Source: a candidate division FCPU426 bacterium (GTDB lineage Bacteria > Oederibacteriota > Muellerivitia > Muellerivitales > Muellerivitaceae). Taken from it: 64,000 bases of DNA. The notes beneath the pieces were generated by a model, which made no database searches, was not told the origin of the DNA, and saw nothing but the letters and a program-made list of their open reading frames with translations. Of this stretch, positions 18,397 through 28,423 are shown piece by piece. Every line of letters starts with the position of its first letter. Position 1 is the first letter of the stretch. The translations under genes were made by a program, and so were the position numbers. The DNA lies in assembly GCA_963719085.1 (NCBI GenBank), contig CAVRAL010000001.1:160001-224000 (forward strand), given 5' to 3'.

Positions 18397-18616
18397 ATCT
18401 TCTCCTAGCTAAGTCATTAAAATCATTGTGGCGGTCCGGAGCTTTATTAACGGTTCTGGTGACGTTAATAAGTGCCAATCCGATGACGGACTAAAGACCC
18501 CGAGGAAAGGCCCTCCGCAACCGCCACAATCATTCCCCGACTTCGATAAATGCCTTCCAAATGCCTCTAAAAACCCTAAAAATTTGGCCTTAATCCGGCT
18601 CCAAAACCCGCTCAAA

Positions 18617-18641
18617 TTAGGGAGTTAACTGGGTTATTCCC
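18617..18641. repeat. terminal inverted repeat (transposase side)
   Basis: TTAGGGAGTTAACTGGGTTATTCCC, followed by the CTATTTCT duplication. Confidence 0.93.
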
Positions 18642-18653
18642 CTATTTCTGTTC

Positions 18654-18681
18654 TTGACAGGTCCATTAAAAACCATATAAT
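18654..18681 (+). promoter_or_regulatory. rplM-rpsI promoter
   Basis: TTGACA-N16-TATAAT, ending 43 nt upstream of the rplM ATG. Confidence 0.8.
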
Positions 18682-18724
18682 TCAGGCCCTTGTATCTCTA
18701 TTAGACAGAAACGAAGGTAATGCT

Positions 18725-19174
18725 ATGACGCTTCAAAAGACTTATCTCCCCACCGTCAAGGACATCAACCGTAAATGGTGGCTTGTCGACGCGAAGGATC
18801 AGGTGCTGGGCCGTTTAATTTCCCGTGTGGCCGCCGTGTTGCGTGGAAAGCACAAAACGACCTTTACGCCGCATTTGGAAAACGGTGATCATGTGGTGAT
18901 CATCAACGCCGACAAGATCGTGCTCACGGGACGCAAGTGGGAAACCAAATCCCATCACCGCACCTCGGGCCGTCCGGGCGGATTGTCCACCGAAACCTAC
19001 AAGGTGCTTCGCACCTCGAAGCCTGAGCGCATTTTGGAATACGCCATCAAGGGCATGCTGCCCAAGACCTCCCAGGGGGCGAAGATGTTCACCCGGGTTA
19101 AGATTTACGCGGGCGAAACCCATCCCCACGAAAGCCAAGTTCCGCAAGTTCTCGATTTCGCATCTAAAAAGTAA
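18725..19174 (+). CDS. rplM: 50S ribosomal protein L13
   Basis: WWLVDA, LGRL, LRGKHK, GDHVVIINA and GMLPK motifs. Confidence 0.98.
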   Translation: MTLQKTYLPTVKDINRKWWLVDAKDQVLGRLISRVAAVLRGKHKTTFTPHLENGDHVVIINADKIVLTGRKWETKSHHRTSGRPGGLSTETYKVLRTSKPERILEYAIKGMLPKTSQGAKMFTRVKIYAGETHPHESQVPQVLDFASKK

Positions 19175-19187
19175 GGAGACTTAACCA

Positions 19188-19583
19188 GTGCCAGCCGCTA
19201 AGGAACAATTTATCGCCACGGGCCGCCGGAAAACTTCCGTCGCCCGAGTTACGTTGAAACCCGGAAAGGGCCAATTCGTGGTCAACGGATTGCCGGTGGA
19301 AAAGTTTTTCCCCGACCAGAAACAAGCGGTTCTTCGCTCTCCTTTGGAGACGGTGACGGCTTTGAACAAATATGATGTGTTCGTCAACGTGAACGGCGGC
19401 GGCGTGACGGGTCAAGCCGAAGCCATCCGCCACGGCATCGCGCGGGCCTTGTTGAAAATTGACTCCGAGATGCGCAAGCCCTTGAAGGTGGCCGGGATGC
19501 TCACCCGCGATCCCCGCATGGTGGAACGCAAAAAGTACGGGCGCAAGAAGGCCCGCCGCCGCTTCCAATTCTCGAAGCGTTAA
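19188..19583 (+). CDS. rpsI: 30S ribosomal protein S9
   Basis: [19 protein letters not shown] and ERKKYG...QFSKR motifs. Confidence 0.98.
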   Translation: MPAAKEQFIATGRRKTSVARVTLKPGKGQFVVNGLPVEKFFPDQKQAVLRSPLETVTALNKYDVFVNVNGGGVTGQAEAIRHGIARALLKIDSEMRKPLKVAGMLTRDPRMVERKKYGRKKARRRFQFSKR

Positions 19584-19597
19584 TTCGAAAAGCTTTC

Positions 19598-19636
19598 CAA
19601 TCCCATCTCCCGCAAGGGGGGTGGGATTTTTTGTTT
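19598..19636 (+). terminator. intrinsic terminator after rpsI
   Basis: AATCCCATCTCCC GCAA GGGGGGTGGGATT stem plus T run. Confidence 0.85.
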
Positions 19637-19746
19637 CTAGGCGTTTCCGACAATCTTGAAACACGGAGTGGCACAGAGTTTCTCAGAGTAAGACTCTCAA
19701 GAGTTTGACTTTAACTCTGTTCATTCTGTGTTGAAAAGGATTTGGT

Positions 19747-20184
19747 TTGACCCACAAGCCTCAACAAACCCCCAAGCTGGCAGTGAACGCGTTGGTCTTC
19801 AACAGCCAAGGGGAAGTGCTTTTGGCCAAGCGGACGGACAACGGCCTTTGGTGCATTCCGGGCGGCCACGTGGACCTGGGCGAGACTTTGGCGCAGGCTT
19901 GCGTCCGGGAATTGTTCGAGGAAACCGGGTTGAAGGCGGACGTGGTCCGCTTGGTCGGCGTCTATTCGGATCCACAAAACTCCCTGCATATCGCCCAGGG
20001 GCCCGAATGGCATACGGTGCGGGTATCCTTTTTGTGCGAGATTACCGGTGGTACAATAACTTCCAGCGATGAAACCAGCGAGATCCGGTATTTCTCCACG
20101 GGGAAATTGCCGCCTCTCATTACCGATCACGCTTTGCGGATTCAGGACGGCCTTCAAGCCAAGTCCGCGGCTGTCATCGGTTGA
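19747..20184 (+). CDS. NUDIX hydrolase
   Basis: PGGHVDLGETLAQACVRELFEETG Nudix box. Confidence 0.92.
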   Translation: MTHKPQQTPKLAVNALVFNSQGEVLLAKRTDNGLWCIPGGHVDLGETLAQACVRELFEETGLKADVVRLVGVYSDPQNSLHIAQGPEWHTVRVSFLCEITGGTITSSDETSEIRYFSTGKLPPLITDHALRIQDGLQAKSAAVIG

Positions 20185-20232
20185 AAAACTAGTTTTTAAA
20201 TTTGAATCATTTAATAACCTGTGAGGCTCCCC

Positions 20233-21000
20233 ATGCCAATTCGACGCAAAGTAAAAGCCAAAGCCAAATCGAAAAAAGAGCACCGTAAGGGCTCCCGTGA
20301 TTTCACGAAAGTGAAGGGACCGGCCAATAACAACCCCTTTATCGCCAATGAATTCCGCGAGCACGATGAGAACAATACCTGGCGGATGTTCAAAATCATG
20401 TCGGAGTTCGTGGAAGGATTTGAGAATCTCCGCGATATCCGGCCCGCGGTGACTATTTTCGGCTCCGCCCGCACCCATGCGGAGCACCCGGACTACGAAT
20501 TGACCCGAAAAATCGCCTTCGGTCTTTCCAAAAAAGGATATTCCATCCTCACGGGCGGGGGGCCCGGCATGATGGAAGCGGCCAATTTGGGCGCTTATGA
20601 AGCCGGTGGAAAATCCGTAGGTTGTAATATTGAGCTTCCCTTTGAGCAAAAGGTGAATCCTTATGTGAACCTGCCGGTGAGCTTTCATTATTTTTTCATC
20701 CGCAAGGTGATGTTTCTTCGCTATACCTCGGCGGTCGTGGTGATGCCGGGGGGATTCGGCACCTTGGACGAGATGTTTGAGACCTTGACCCTGATCCAGA
20801 CCCGTAAAATCGATCCTTTTCCCGTCATTCTGGTGGACCGGGCTTACTGGCAAAAAGGCCTGGACTGGATCCGGGAAACCATCATGCGGGAGCATGAATA
20901 TATCGACCGTCACGATATGGACCTGTTTGAACTGGCGGATACCCACGAGGAAGTCATTGAAATCATCACCCGGTATTACCGCAACCACAAAAAAGCCTAA
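20233..21000 (+). CDS. LOG family (TIGR00730-like) Rossmann-fold protein
   Basis: FGSAR, TGGGPGMMEAAN and PGGFGTLDE motifs. Confidence 0.92.
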   Translation: MPIRRKVKAKAKSKKEHRKGSRDFTKVKGPANNNPFIANEFREHDENNTWRMFKIMSEFVEGFENLRDIRPAVTIFGSARTHAEHPDYELTRKIAFGLSKKGYSILTGGGPGMMEAANLGAYEAGGKSVGCNIELPFEQKVNPYVNLPVSFHYFFIRKVMFLRYTSAVVVMPGGFGTLDEMFETLTLIQTRKIDPFPVILVDRAYWQKGLDWIRETIMREHEYIDRHDMDLFELADTHEEVIEIITRYYRNHKKA

Positions 21001-21006
21001 AGAACG

Positions 21007-23184
21007 ATGAAATGCTCCGGATGGCTGGCCTTCAGTTTGCTTTGGGGCCTGGGGCTCGCGCCGGCTTGGGGCGGGGTGAGTTTTCTTGATCTGTCGGCCG
21101 CGGCCAACCGCGGTCCCGGGGATTCTTTCGACAATTCTTTTCCGGGGGCCGAGGACAGCGTTCAAAAAAACGGTTTGGCCGAATTTCCCTCCGGTCCCCA
21201 GACTTTTCGCGGAGTGCCTTTCAGGCTGATGGATCCGGCGAAAAACCAAGGCCGGTCCTTCGTCGCCCTGAAGGGGAGGGAGCGGCCTGATTTTCCCGAA
21301 GCGGTGACCCTGCAGGGCCCGGGCGGCGGAATCTCGAACCTTTATTTTCTGCAGACCTGCCACTGGGGTGGAACTTCCGACAAAATCGCCGTGGCCCAAT
21401 ATGAAATCCTGTACGACGACGGCCAAAACCAAGTGGTGCCTTTAAGGGTGGGCCGGGAATTCACGAATTTTTGGGGCGCGGACGACACCGCTGAAAGTGT
21501 TTTGGCCTGGTGGTACCGCTATAAAAATTCCACGATGGGCATGAACCTTTTCACCTGGAAAAACCCAAGGCCGGAGAAATCCATCCGAAGCGTTATTTTT
21601 AAGTCCCTGTCGAAGATGCCGGTCCCGCTTTTATTCGCCGTAACCGCCTCGGATAAAGAAATTCCCATCTCAACCGTCTCACCAAAGCCTGAGGAAACAT
21701 CAGTCACTGATATGAAAGGGTGGATTCCTTTAGTCCATTCGGACGATCCGGAGGCCCCGGCTTTGGATTTGAGTTACCTATTGGACGCGCCCGCCGGGAA
21801 ACACGGCGCCGTGGCGGCGAAGGGAACTTCATTGGTATTCGCCGACGGAACTCCCGCCCGCTTTTGGGGAACGCGGCTTTCAATGGATTTGCTTTCGATG
21901 GATTCTAACGGACTTGAAAAAACGGCGGATTTTCTGGCTTCACAAGGTTTTAATTTAGTCGTTTTGGATTCCACTCGCATAGGAGTCGAGGTATCAACCG
22001 AATTTACGCCCCGGACCCCGGAGTTGAGTTCGAAGGCCTTGCGGGATTTTTTTTCGGCATTGAAGGAAAAGGGGATTTATTTTTGTATTCCGGGATTGTC
22101 TTGGAAAGAGCCGCGGGACACGCCGACACCGACGGTTATCTCGTTTGATTTTTGGAAGGACCCGGCTTTGATCTCCGGCGATCTTTTTCAAACCATTTCG
22201 GCTTCGTGGAATCCGGTTGCTCCCGGCGCGCAGACCCCTTTTCCGATTCAGGCGGACCCGCAACTTATGCAACCGGGGACTTCTTTGCCGGAACAATTGA
22301 TTCAACAACGGCAGTTTGAAAATCCTGTTTTCGCTTTTTGGGAATCCAACTGGCCCCAAAGCTATTTGACGGAAGTACCCCTTCTGATGTCCACGGCGGC
22401 CGCTTTCCAGGGTTGGGCAGGTTGCGTGGGGGAAGAAGTTGGGATTGGTGAGCCGGCACAGGTGATGGTTCCGGGAATGGATATTGCCTCAAATCCACTT
22501 CTCTATATTCAGGGACCATCAATGGCTTTGGCCTATTTGCGGGGCGATTTAAAACCTGGGAGAATCTACGCCCTGCCAACGACGACTGACACGCCATCGC
22601 CTGATCTTTTGTTGACCGCCTTGGCCCACCAATCGGGGCAGGGAGCCCTTAAGACCGATATTTTGGGGACCACCAAGTCCAAAATCAAAGTTCCTTTGAA
22701 GTCGTTTATTTCCGACAGCGGACAAATCAACTGGCAGGGGAACATCGGTCTTTTTCAAGTGGACTCGCCCCGCTTCCAGGCCGTGGCGGGTTTTTTAAGC
22801 CACCGGCAATTGAAATCAAATATTTGGCAAGTGGAGAGCGCCAATTGGTTTGGCGTGATCTCGCTCATTTCATTGACCAACCAAGCCATCCAGACTTCCA
22901 ATCATCTTCTTTTAACCGGCACCACCCGCATGGAAAACAGCGGTATGGTTTATAACGCGGATCAAACCAAAGTCCTTTCGCTAGGCCAAGCCCCGGTGCT
23001 GATGGAGCCCTTAGAAGCCAAGCTTTTGATCGCCCATTCGGGCAAGGATTTGTCCCTCAAGATAAGAGCGCTGGATTCGGACCGAAAACCCCTTAAAACT
23101 ATTGTGCCTTATCACTGGGCTGGTAATTATTTGGCTATTTCCTGGGTTCCGGAAGCCAGCTATCTCGAAATCTACAAAAAGTAG
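21007..23184 (+). CDS. secreted protein with carbohydrate-active-like architecture (degenerate glycoside-hydrolase-like core)
   Basis: Signal peptide; LDAPAGKHG..FADGTPARFWG and SDSGQINW segments recall GH-like proteins. Confidence 0.5.
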   Translation: MKCSGWLAFSLLWGLGLAPAWGGVSFLDLSAAANRGPGDSFDNSFPGAEDSVQKNGLAEFPSGPQTFRGVPFRLMDPAKNQGRSFVALKGRERPDFPEAVTLQGPGGGISNLYFLQTCHWGGTSDKIAVAQYEILYDDGQNQVVPLRVGREFTNFWGADDTAESVLAWWYRYKNSTMGMNLFTWKNPRPEKSIRSVIFKSLSKMPVPLLFAVTASDKEIPISTVSPKPEETSVTDMKGWIPLVHSDDPEAPALDLSYLLDAPAGKHGAVAAKGTSLVFADGTPARFWGTRLSMDLLSMDSNGLEKTADFLASQGFNLVVLDSTRIGVEVSTEFTPRTPELSSKALRDFFSALKEKGIYFCIPGLSWKEPRDTPTPTVISFDFWKDPALISGDLFQTISASWNPVAPGAQTPFPIQADPQLMQPGTSLPEQLIQQRQFENPVFAFWESNWPQSYLTEVPLLMSTAAAFQGWAGCVGEEVGIGEPAQVMVPGMDIASNPLLYIQGPSMALAYLRGDLKPGRIYALPTTTDTPSPDLLLTALAHQSGQGALKTDILGTTKSKIKVPLKSFISDSGQINWQGNIGLFQVDSPRFQAVAGFLSHRQLKSNIWQVESANWFGVISLISLTNQAIQTSNHLLLTGTTRMENSGMVYNADQTKVLSLGQAPVLMEPLEAKLLIAHSGKDLSLKIRALDSDRKPLKTIVPYHWAGNYLAISWVPEASYLEIYKK

Positions 23185-23318
23185 TCTTTTTCCGAAAATA
23201 GGCAAAAAGACCTTGGTTACACTTTTTATGTATTTTATGTTCATAAACAGGGCTAAAATTTACGTACTTAGGTGGTATGGCCTTCCGTTGGCTTAAAATT
23301 GTTTTAAGGTGAAACCGA

Positions 23319-23684
23319 ATGGCTCAAGACGCCCAAAAGTCCACTGGTGATGAGCGGCGAAAGCACAAAAGAGTCGAATTCAAGGAATCCGTGGTGGTTC
23401 ATCCGGTTCTTGAGTCCAAATCTGGAAATGTTTATGAGGTGGGCGAAAGTTCGCTGATGGTCAAGTCGGTGGACGTGAGTGAAGGCGGTTTGCGGCTGCT
23501 TCTTTCCGAGCCCGTTTCCGCCGGTAAAATTTTAAAAGTCAATTTCCAATCCCCCAAAAGTAAAATGAGCGACATTTACACCAAAATCGCCTGGGCCAAC
23601 GGCGCGCTTTGTGGTTTACAATTTATCGTGTTGGATGAGCCCACCCGCCAATTTATCCGCAATTACGTCGAAAAAAGTTTTTAA
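23319..23684 (+). CDS. PilZ domain protein
   Basis: RRKHKR (RxxxR) and DVSEGG motifs. Confidence 0.88.
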   Translation: MAQDAQKSTGDERRKHKRVEFKESVVVHPVLESKSGNVYEVGESSLMVKSVDVSEGGLRLLLSEPVSAGKILKVNFQSPKSKMSDIYTKIAWANGALCGLQFIVLDEPTRQFIRNYVEKSF

Positions 23685-23741
23685 GCCGCCCGCAAGATGT
23701 TCCTGGAATTTGAAGCTCATTTATAAGAAAATCCCCCGTCC

Positions 23742-23775
23742 CATCCACCTTCGGCTGGATGGGATTTTTGTTTTT
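23742..23775 (+). terminator. probable terminator after the PilZ gene
   Basis: CCATCCA CCTTCGGC TGGATGG stem plus T run. Confidence 0.6.
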
Positions 23776-23829
23776 AAGAGATCGCCTCCGGTTGACGGCG
23801 GCCCGCTACCACCTTAACTTTGGGACATC

Positions 23830-26028
23830 ATGACCAGCCCTTACGCCAATTTAAACGAGGAACAACGGGAAGCCGTCCTGCATGACAAGGGACCGGCGCT
23901 CATTTTGGCGGGAGCGGGTTCGGGCAAGACCCGGGTCGTGACCTTTCGGATTACGCGGCTCATCCAGGAAAAAAAAGTCCCGCCGTCCCGCATCATGGCC
24001 GTCACTTTCACCAATAAGGCCGCCCAGGAAATGCGCGGCCGCATCGTCGCCCTCGTGGGCCGCTCGGGCGCCCAGGGCATCTTCATGGGCACCTTCCATT
24101 CCTTTTGCCTGCAGATGCTCAAGATCCACGGCGAGAAGCTGGGCTACCGCTCGGGTTTTACCATTTACGACGACTCGGACCAGAAGTCCCTCATCAAGGA
24201 ATGCCTATGGGATTTGAAGTGGGACGAGAAGCAGGTGCATCCCCAGGCGGTTCATTCCTATATCAGCGCCGCCAAGAATGAGTTGAAGAACCCCAAGGAA
24301 TATGAGGAAATGGCCGCGGGCATTTTTATGGAAAAAGTCGCCCAGATTTATCCCCGTTACCAAACCAAGCTTAAGCAAAACAACGCCATGGATTTTGATG
24401 ATCTTTTGTTCAACGCGGTGATCCTGCTCAAACAATATCCGGAGGTTTTGGAAAGTTACCGCCAGCGCTTCGATTACGTGATGGTGGACGAGTACCAAGA
24501 CATCAATACGACCCAGTACCAATTGGTGTCGGCCATCAGCCATCCCTTGAACAACCTCTATGTGGTCGGGGATCCGGACCAGTCGATTTATGGCTGGCGG
24601 GGGGCCGATATCCGCAACATCCTGCGATTTGAGAATGATTTCCCGGGCGCGCGGGTCTTCAAGCTCCAGCAAAACTACCGCTCCACTAAGTCCATCATCC
24701 AGACGGCCCAATCGGTCATCCGCAACAACTCCCAGCGCAAAGAAAAAGAGCTTTTTTCCCTTAGGGAAATGGGGGAGTCCGTCACCTATTACCAAGCCGA
24801 GGATGACAAGGACGAGGCTGAGTTTGTCATGAAGACCCTTTACCAGCGCCTGGGCGAACCCGGCCGCAAATACCGGCACGTGGCCATTCTTTACCGCACC
24901 AACGCCCAATCCCGGGTGCTGGAAGACGCCTGCCGCCGCAACAACATTCCCTATGTCATCGTGGGGGGGCTCAAGTTCTATGACCGCAAGGAAGTGAAGG
25001 ATCTTTTGGCTTATCTGCATGTATTGGCGAACCCGCAGGATTCGGTGTCGCTTCGGCGCATGATCAACGTGCCCATCCGGGGCATCGGCAGCGGGACCGT
25101 GGAAAAACTGGAAATGAGCGCCAAACAGCAGGACATCACCCTTTTAGACTCCGCCCGGCAGGCGGCGGCGACGGGGGATTTCGGCAAAAAAATCACCCAG
25201 GCCCTGGGATCTTTCGTCTTGATGATGGATGAATTGGTGGCGCAGAAACTTCTCGCGAAACCCTCGGATTTTGTGAGGACGGTTTTGGAAAGATCCGGTT
25301 ATCTCACCGAACTCGCCCACGACGACACACCGGAGTCCAAGATGCGGGCGGAAAACTTGAAGGAATTGGTCAACTCGGTCGCCGATTATGAACAGAGCGC
25401 CGAAAATCCGACTTTGGAGGGCTACCTGGACCAAGTGTCGCTGGTGGCGGATGTGGACAAGCTGGATGACGACAAAAATTCCGTCACGCTCATGACCATG
25501 CATAACGCCAAAGGTTTGGAATTTCCGATTGTGTTCATGACGGGTTTGGAAGAGGGGCTTTTTCCCCACAACAATTCCATCGAGTCGGATGACGAGGTGC
25601 AGGAAGAACGGCGCCTTTGTTACGTGGGCATGACCCGGGCCATGGATCTTCTTTACATGACCGGCGCGGCCTGCCGCTATGTTTACGGAACGGCTCAATG
25701 GCGGGCGCCCTCGCGGTTCCTGGCCGAGATCCCGAAGGACATGCTTCAAGTCACCGGCAAGGCCGCCACCCTGGTGGCGACCCAAGCGGGCCTTTACCAG
25801 GTCGCCAATACGAAAAAAGAATTTGATGAGTTGAAAGATCCCGAATGGGACGAGGAAGGCGTGGTGCCTTTTCTTTTGGGGGATACGGTCAAACACAAAG
25901 CTTTCGGGAAGGGAATGGTCATCGCCCTGTCAGGTTCGGGGGATAATTTAAAGGTCACAGTTTCTTTCCCCAACCACGGCAAAAAACAGCTTATCGCCAA
26001 GATGGCGAATTTGGAAAAGGTGGAGTAA
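23830..26028 (+). CDS. pcrA: ATP-dependent DNA helicase PcrA/UvrD
   Basis: AGAGSGKT, VDEYQD, VGDPDQSIY, QNYRS, KGLEF and EERRLCYV motifs; C-terminal Tudor-like domain. Confidence 0.93.
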   Translation: MTSPYANLNEEQREAVLHDKGPALILAGAGSGKTRVVTFRITRLIQEKKVPPSRIMAVTFTNKAAQEMRGRIVALVGRSGAQGIFMGTFHSFCLQMLKIHGEKLGYRSGFTIYDDSDQKSLIKECLWDLKWDEKQVHPQAVHSYISAAKNELKNPKEYEEMAAGIFMEKVAQIYPRYQTKLKQNNAMDFDDLLFNAVILLKQYPEVLESYRQRFDYVMVDEYQDINTTQYQLVSAISHPLNNLYVVGDPDQSIYGWRGADIRNILRFENDFPGARVFKLQQNYRSTKSIIQTAQSVIRNNSQRKEKELFSLREMGESVTYYQAEDDKDEAEFVMKTLYQRLGEPGRKYRHVAILYRTNAQSRVLEDACRRNNIPYVIVGGLKFYDRKEVKDLLAYLHVLANPQDSVSLRRMINVPIRGIGSGTVEKLEMSAKQQDITLLDSARQAAATGDFGKKITQALGSFVLMMDELVAQKLLAKPSDFVRTVLERSGYLTELAHDDTPESKMRAENLKELVNSVADYEQSAENPTLEGYLDQVSLVADVDKLDDDKNSVTLMTMHNAKGLEFPIVFMTGLEEGLFPHNNSIESDDEVQEERRLCYVGMTRAMDLLYMTGAACRYVYGTAQWRAPSRFLAEIPKDMLQVTGKAATLVATQAGLYQVANTKKEFDELKDPEWDEEGVVPFLLGDTVKHKAFGKGMVIALSGSGDNLKVTVSFPNHGKKQLIAKMANLEKVE

Positions 26029-26045
26029 GTCGGGGTTTCGCGAAC

Positions 26046-27326
26046 TCAGGGAGGTTCGGGAAATCCGGACGGGCCCGGGGTTTGGGCGTGATAGGCCATC
26101 CCATAGTCGCCCTGAGGGTCGCCGTTGTTGACATGGATATAGCCTAGGAACGAGAGGGAAAGCAGTAATTGGGCGATCCAAACCGTCATGAGGGCCTTGG
26201 CGCCCCAGGGCCCGCGCCGCAGCCCCAGGCTTGAAAACCACACCCACTCCATCGGGAAAGTCACGATCAGATAGTGCCTGAAAATTTTAAAGCAGGCCAA
26301 GGTCATCAAGATTCCCGCTCCCCAGAAGGAAACTCGAATCGCTTCCCGGGTTTCAGGCCCCTGCGCCGATGGAGAGACGCGGTCTTTTTGGCTCCCCTGA
26401 AAAACGATCGAGCCCAGGATGAAGAGGATCAAAAGATGCAGGGCCGCTACCAGATAGGTGCCGTGGCCCGCCACCAGGGGATAGCGCATGAAATCCAGAT
26501 ACTCGGGCAATTTCAAGCTGTAATTCAGGCCCAGTCCCAGGGAGTCCGAGATCCAGAAAAACCAATAACGCGGGTCCAAGGGCCATAAAAGATACAGCCA
26601 ATTGAATCCATTCCCGGGATGCGCGGTTACCACATAGTGCGCCCAGTAGACAAGAGGAATGCCTCCTAAGCAGGTGCCCGCGGCCCAGGACCCCCACTTC
26701 ACTTCCCGATCCTTAACGAATGTCCAAAGGAACACGCCCCCGGCGAAGAAAAAACCCGACATGTGGACTTGGCCCAGGCAGGCTCCCAGCAGTCCCCAAA
26801 AGAAGGCTCCCGGCCTTTTATGCCGGAAATACCAAGCGATCCAAAAGAGGATGCCGAAGAAGGGAAGGGTGCTTTGCGCCCAGATCTTCCGTTGAAAGAG
26901 GACGGCGAATGGATTGACCGCCGCCAAGACGGTGGCCCACCGCCAGGGCTCCCTTTCAGCCGGGGGTAAAATTTTGAAGGCGAAGAGCGCTAAGGCCAAG
27001 AGGCCCAGAGTGTCCAGGCATTGCACGGCCCGGGCCAGCTCCTGCGGGGTCTTGACCCGAAAGGCCTCCGATAGCCAGTCAAATATCCAAACGCTCATTC
27101 CGGGGTTCCGGATTCCGATTCCCGAGCCCATACCCAAGAGCGGAAGCACCGGGTTCTTGAGGAAGGCTTGGCCGGTCTGGAACATGAAACGCTCGTCGCC
27201 CTTGTATTCGATGTCGTTGGGAAAGCCGAAGCGCAGCGCCAAACCCGCCAAAAGGGCCAGTGCCAGGAAAAAGCCCCAGGTCTTTTCGTTGGGGACCAGG
27301 AGCCCCTCTTTTTTCGCGTGTTCCAT
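26046..27326 (-). CDS. multi-pass membrane protein, GT-C/ArnT-like
   Basis: LRF...DE after the first TM helix, NPF..F.RKIW and many TM segments. Confidence 0.55.
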   Translation of the reverse strand: MEHAKKEGLLVPNEKTWGFFLALALLAGLALRFGFPNDIEYKGDERFMFQTGQAFLKNPVLPLLGMGSGIGIRNPGMSVWIFDWLSEAFRVKTPQELARAVQCLDTLGLLALALFAFKILPPAEREPWRWATVLAAVNPFAVLFQRKIWAQSTLPFFGILFWIAWYFRHKRPGAFFWGLLGACLGQVHMSGFFFAGGVFLWTFVKDREVKWGSWAAGTCLGGIPLVYWAHYVVTAHPGNGFNWLYLLWPLDPRYWFFWISDSLGLGLNYSLKLPEYLDFMRYPLVAGHGTYLVAALHLLILFILGSIVFQGSQKDRVSPSAQGPETREAIRVSFWGAGILMTLACFKIFRHYLIVTFPMEWVWFSSLGLRRGPWGAKALMTVWIAQLLLSLSFLGYIHVNNGDPQGDYGMAYHAQTPGPSGFPEPP

Positions 27327-28423
27327 CAGTGGCTGAACAGGTGCAATTGGGCGGTGCCGTCCAATGAGATTTGGGCTTCAATACCATCCCGGTTCACGTG
27401 AGCCTCCAAAACCCGAAAGGAGTCCACGTGGGTCACGAGCCGGCTGTGTTTTCCCACCTGGCAATTTAAGACGATGTTCATCCGTTCCTTTAATTTATCC
27501 AGTTCGGACCCGATGGGAATATGCGCTTTTTTGCGCAGCGCGTTCAAGATGTCCGATTTGAAAATCCAGCTGGCCACCTCCGTGATAAAGTCCCCGGTCT
27601 TCACGTCGAAATCCAGGCGCTTCAAGTAAAACAGTTCCTCCGTGGGTTCGTATTCGGGCGTTCCCCGGAAATAAATGGTCATGAGGGAAGGTTTGCCACT
27701 GAAATTGATGGGCGGATTGAATTGAATCTTGGTTTCGGCGATGACTTGGCCTCCGGAGCCGTAAAGCCGCACTCCCCTTACCCGCAAGTGGTAGCTGCCG
27801 CTGCCCCGGATGGGATAGTTCACCAAACCGTCCTTGGGATCGGCCAAAATCCGGTTGGCTTCCTTGAAACTAATGGCGGTATTGCTGATCGCGTGGAAGC
27901 CGCTGGGCCCGGGTGTATAGGCGCTTAAAGGCGGCAAGAGCCTTTTGACGATAGCGGGCTTCTGCCCGAACAGCAGAATCGGGTGCGACGTCATCTCCAA
28001 AACCACTTTCCAGGTGAAAGGATTTTTTTTATCCGGTTCGGTGACGCCCGTGCTGAGGGTTTCAGGCCTTATCAAAAGCCAAATGTTTTTATCGATGAAA
28101 ATAGGATCCTGCAGGGTGTCCCAAAGGTTGGGGATGCCGGACAGGGGTGATTTCTTGGCGACGATCCCGCCCGGCATTTGGGCGGCTTCGCCTATTTCGC
28201 GCAGGTTTTTGTCGATCCAGGCGAAAAAGTCCTTGGAAAGATAGCCGAGCTTCGGAACCGAGACTTGGACCGGTAAGCGGATGACGGCGGGCGGCGGCGG
28301 GGCGAAGGTCCTAACGGCCGCGTCCGACGGCGGGATGTAAAGCGACGGTGTCATGGTCGCGCAGCCGCAAAAGCTGAGACCAACCAGAAACAGTAGGAAT
28401 GGAGAAAGGAGCCGTTGTTTCAC
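27326..28423 (-). CDS. DUF4403-like lipoprotein
   Basis: Lipobox FCGC after GTG 28423; W..LQDPI, WLLIRP and LDFD pattern. Confidence 0.6.
   Translation of the reverse strand: MKQRLLSPFLLFLVGLSFCGCATMTPSLYIPPSDAAVRTFAPPPPAVIRLPVQVSVPKLGYLSKDFFAWIDKNLREIGEAAQMPGGIVAKKSPLSGIPNLWDTLQDPIFIDKNIWLLIRPETLSTGVTEPDKKNPFTWKVVLEMTSHPILLFGQKPAIVKRLLPPLSAYTPGPSGFHAISNTAISFKEANRILADPKDGLVNYPIRGSGSYHLRVRGVRLYGSGGQVIAETKIQFNPPINFSGKPSLMTIYFRGTPEYEPTEELFYLKRLDFDVKTGDFITEVASWIFKSDILNALRKKAHIPIGSELDKLKERMNIVLNCQVGKHSRLVTHVDSFRVLEAHVNRDGIEAQISLDGTAQLHLFSH

Larger units (their letters stand above)
14837..18641 (-). mobile_element. IS1595-family transposon with passenger genes (3805 bp)
   Basis: 25-bp TIRs, exact 8-bp flanking direct repeat CTATTTCT (14829-14836 and 18642-18649), IS1595 transposase inside, visibly AT-richer than the flanks. 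Confidence 0.93.

Noticed and set aside
19711..21432. 573-aa minus-strand ORF
   Set aside because: Antisense shadow of the NUDIX, LOG and secreted-protein genes, with no recognisable motifs.
23185..23318. c-di-GMP riboswitch upstream of the PilZ gene
   Set aside because: GGCAAA is present, but the paired stems and GNRA/receptor elements are not.
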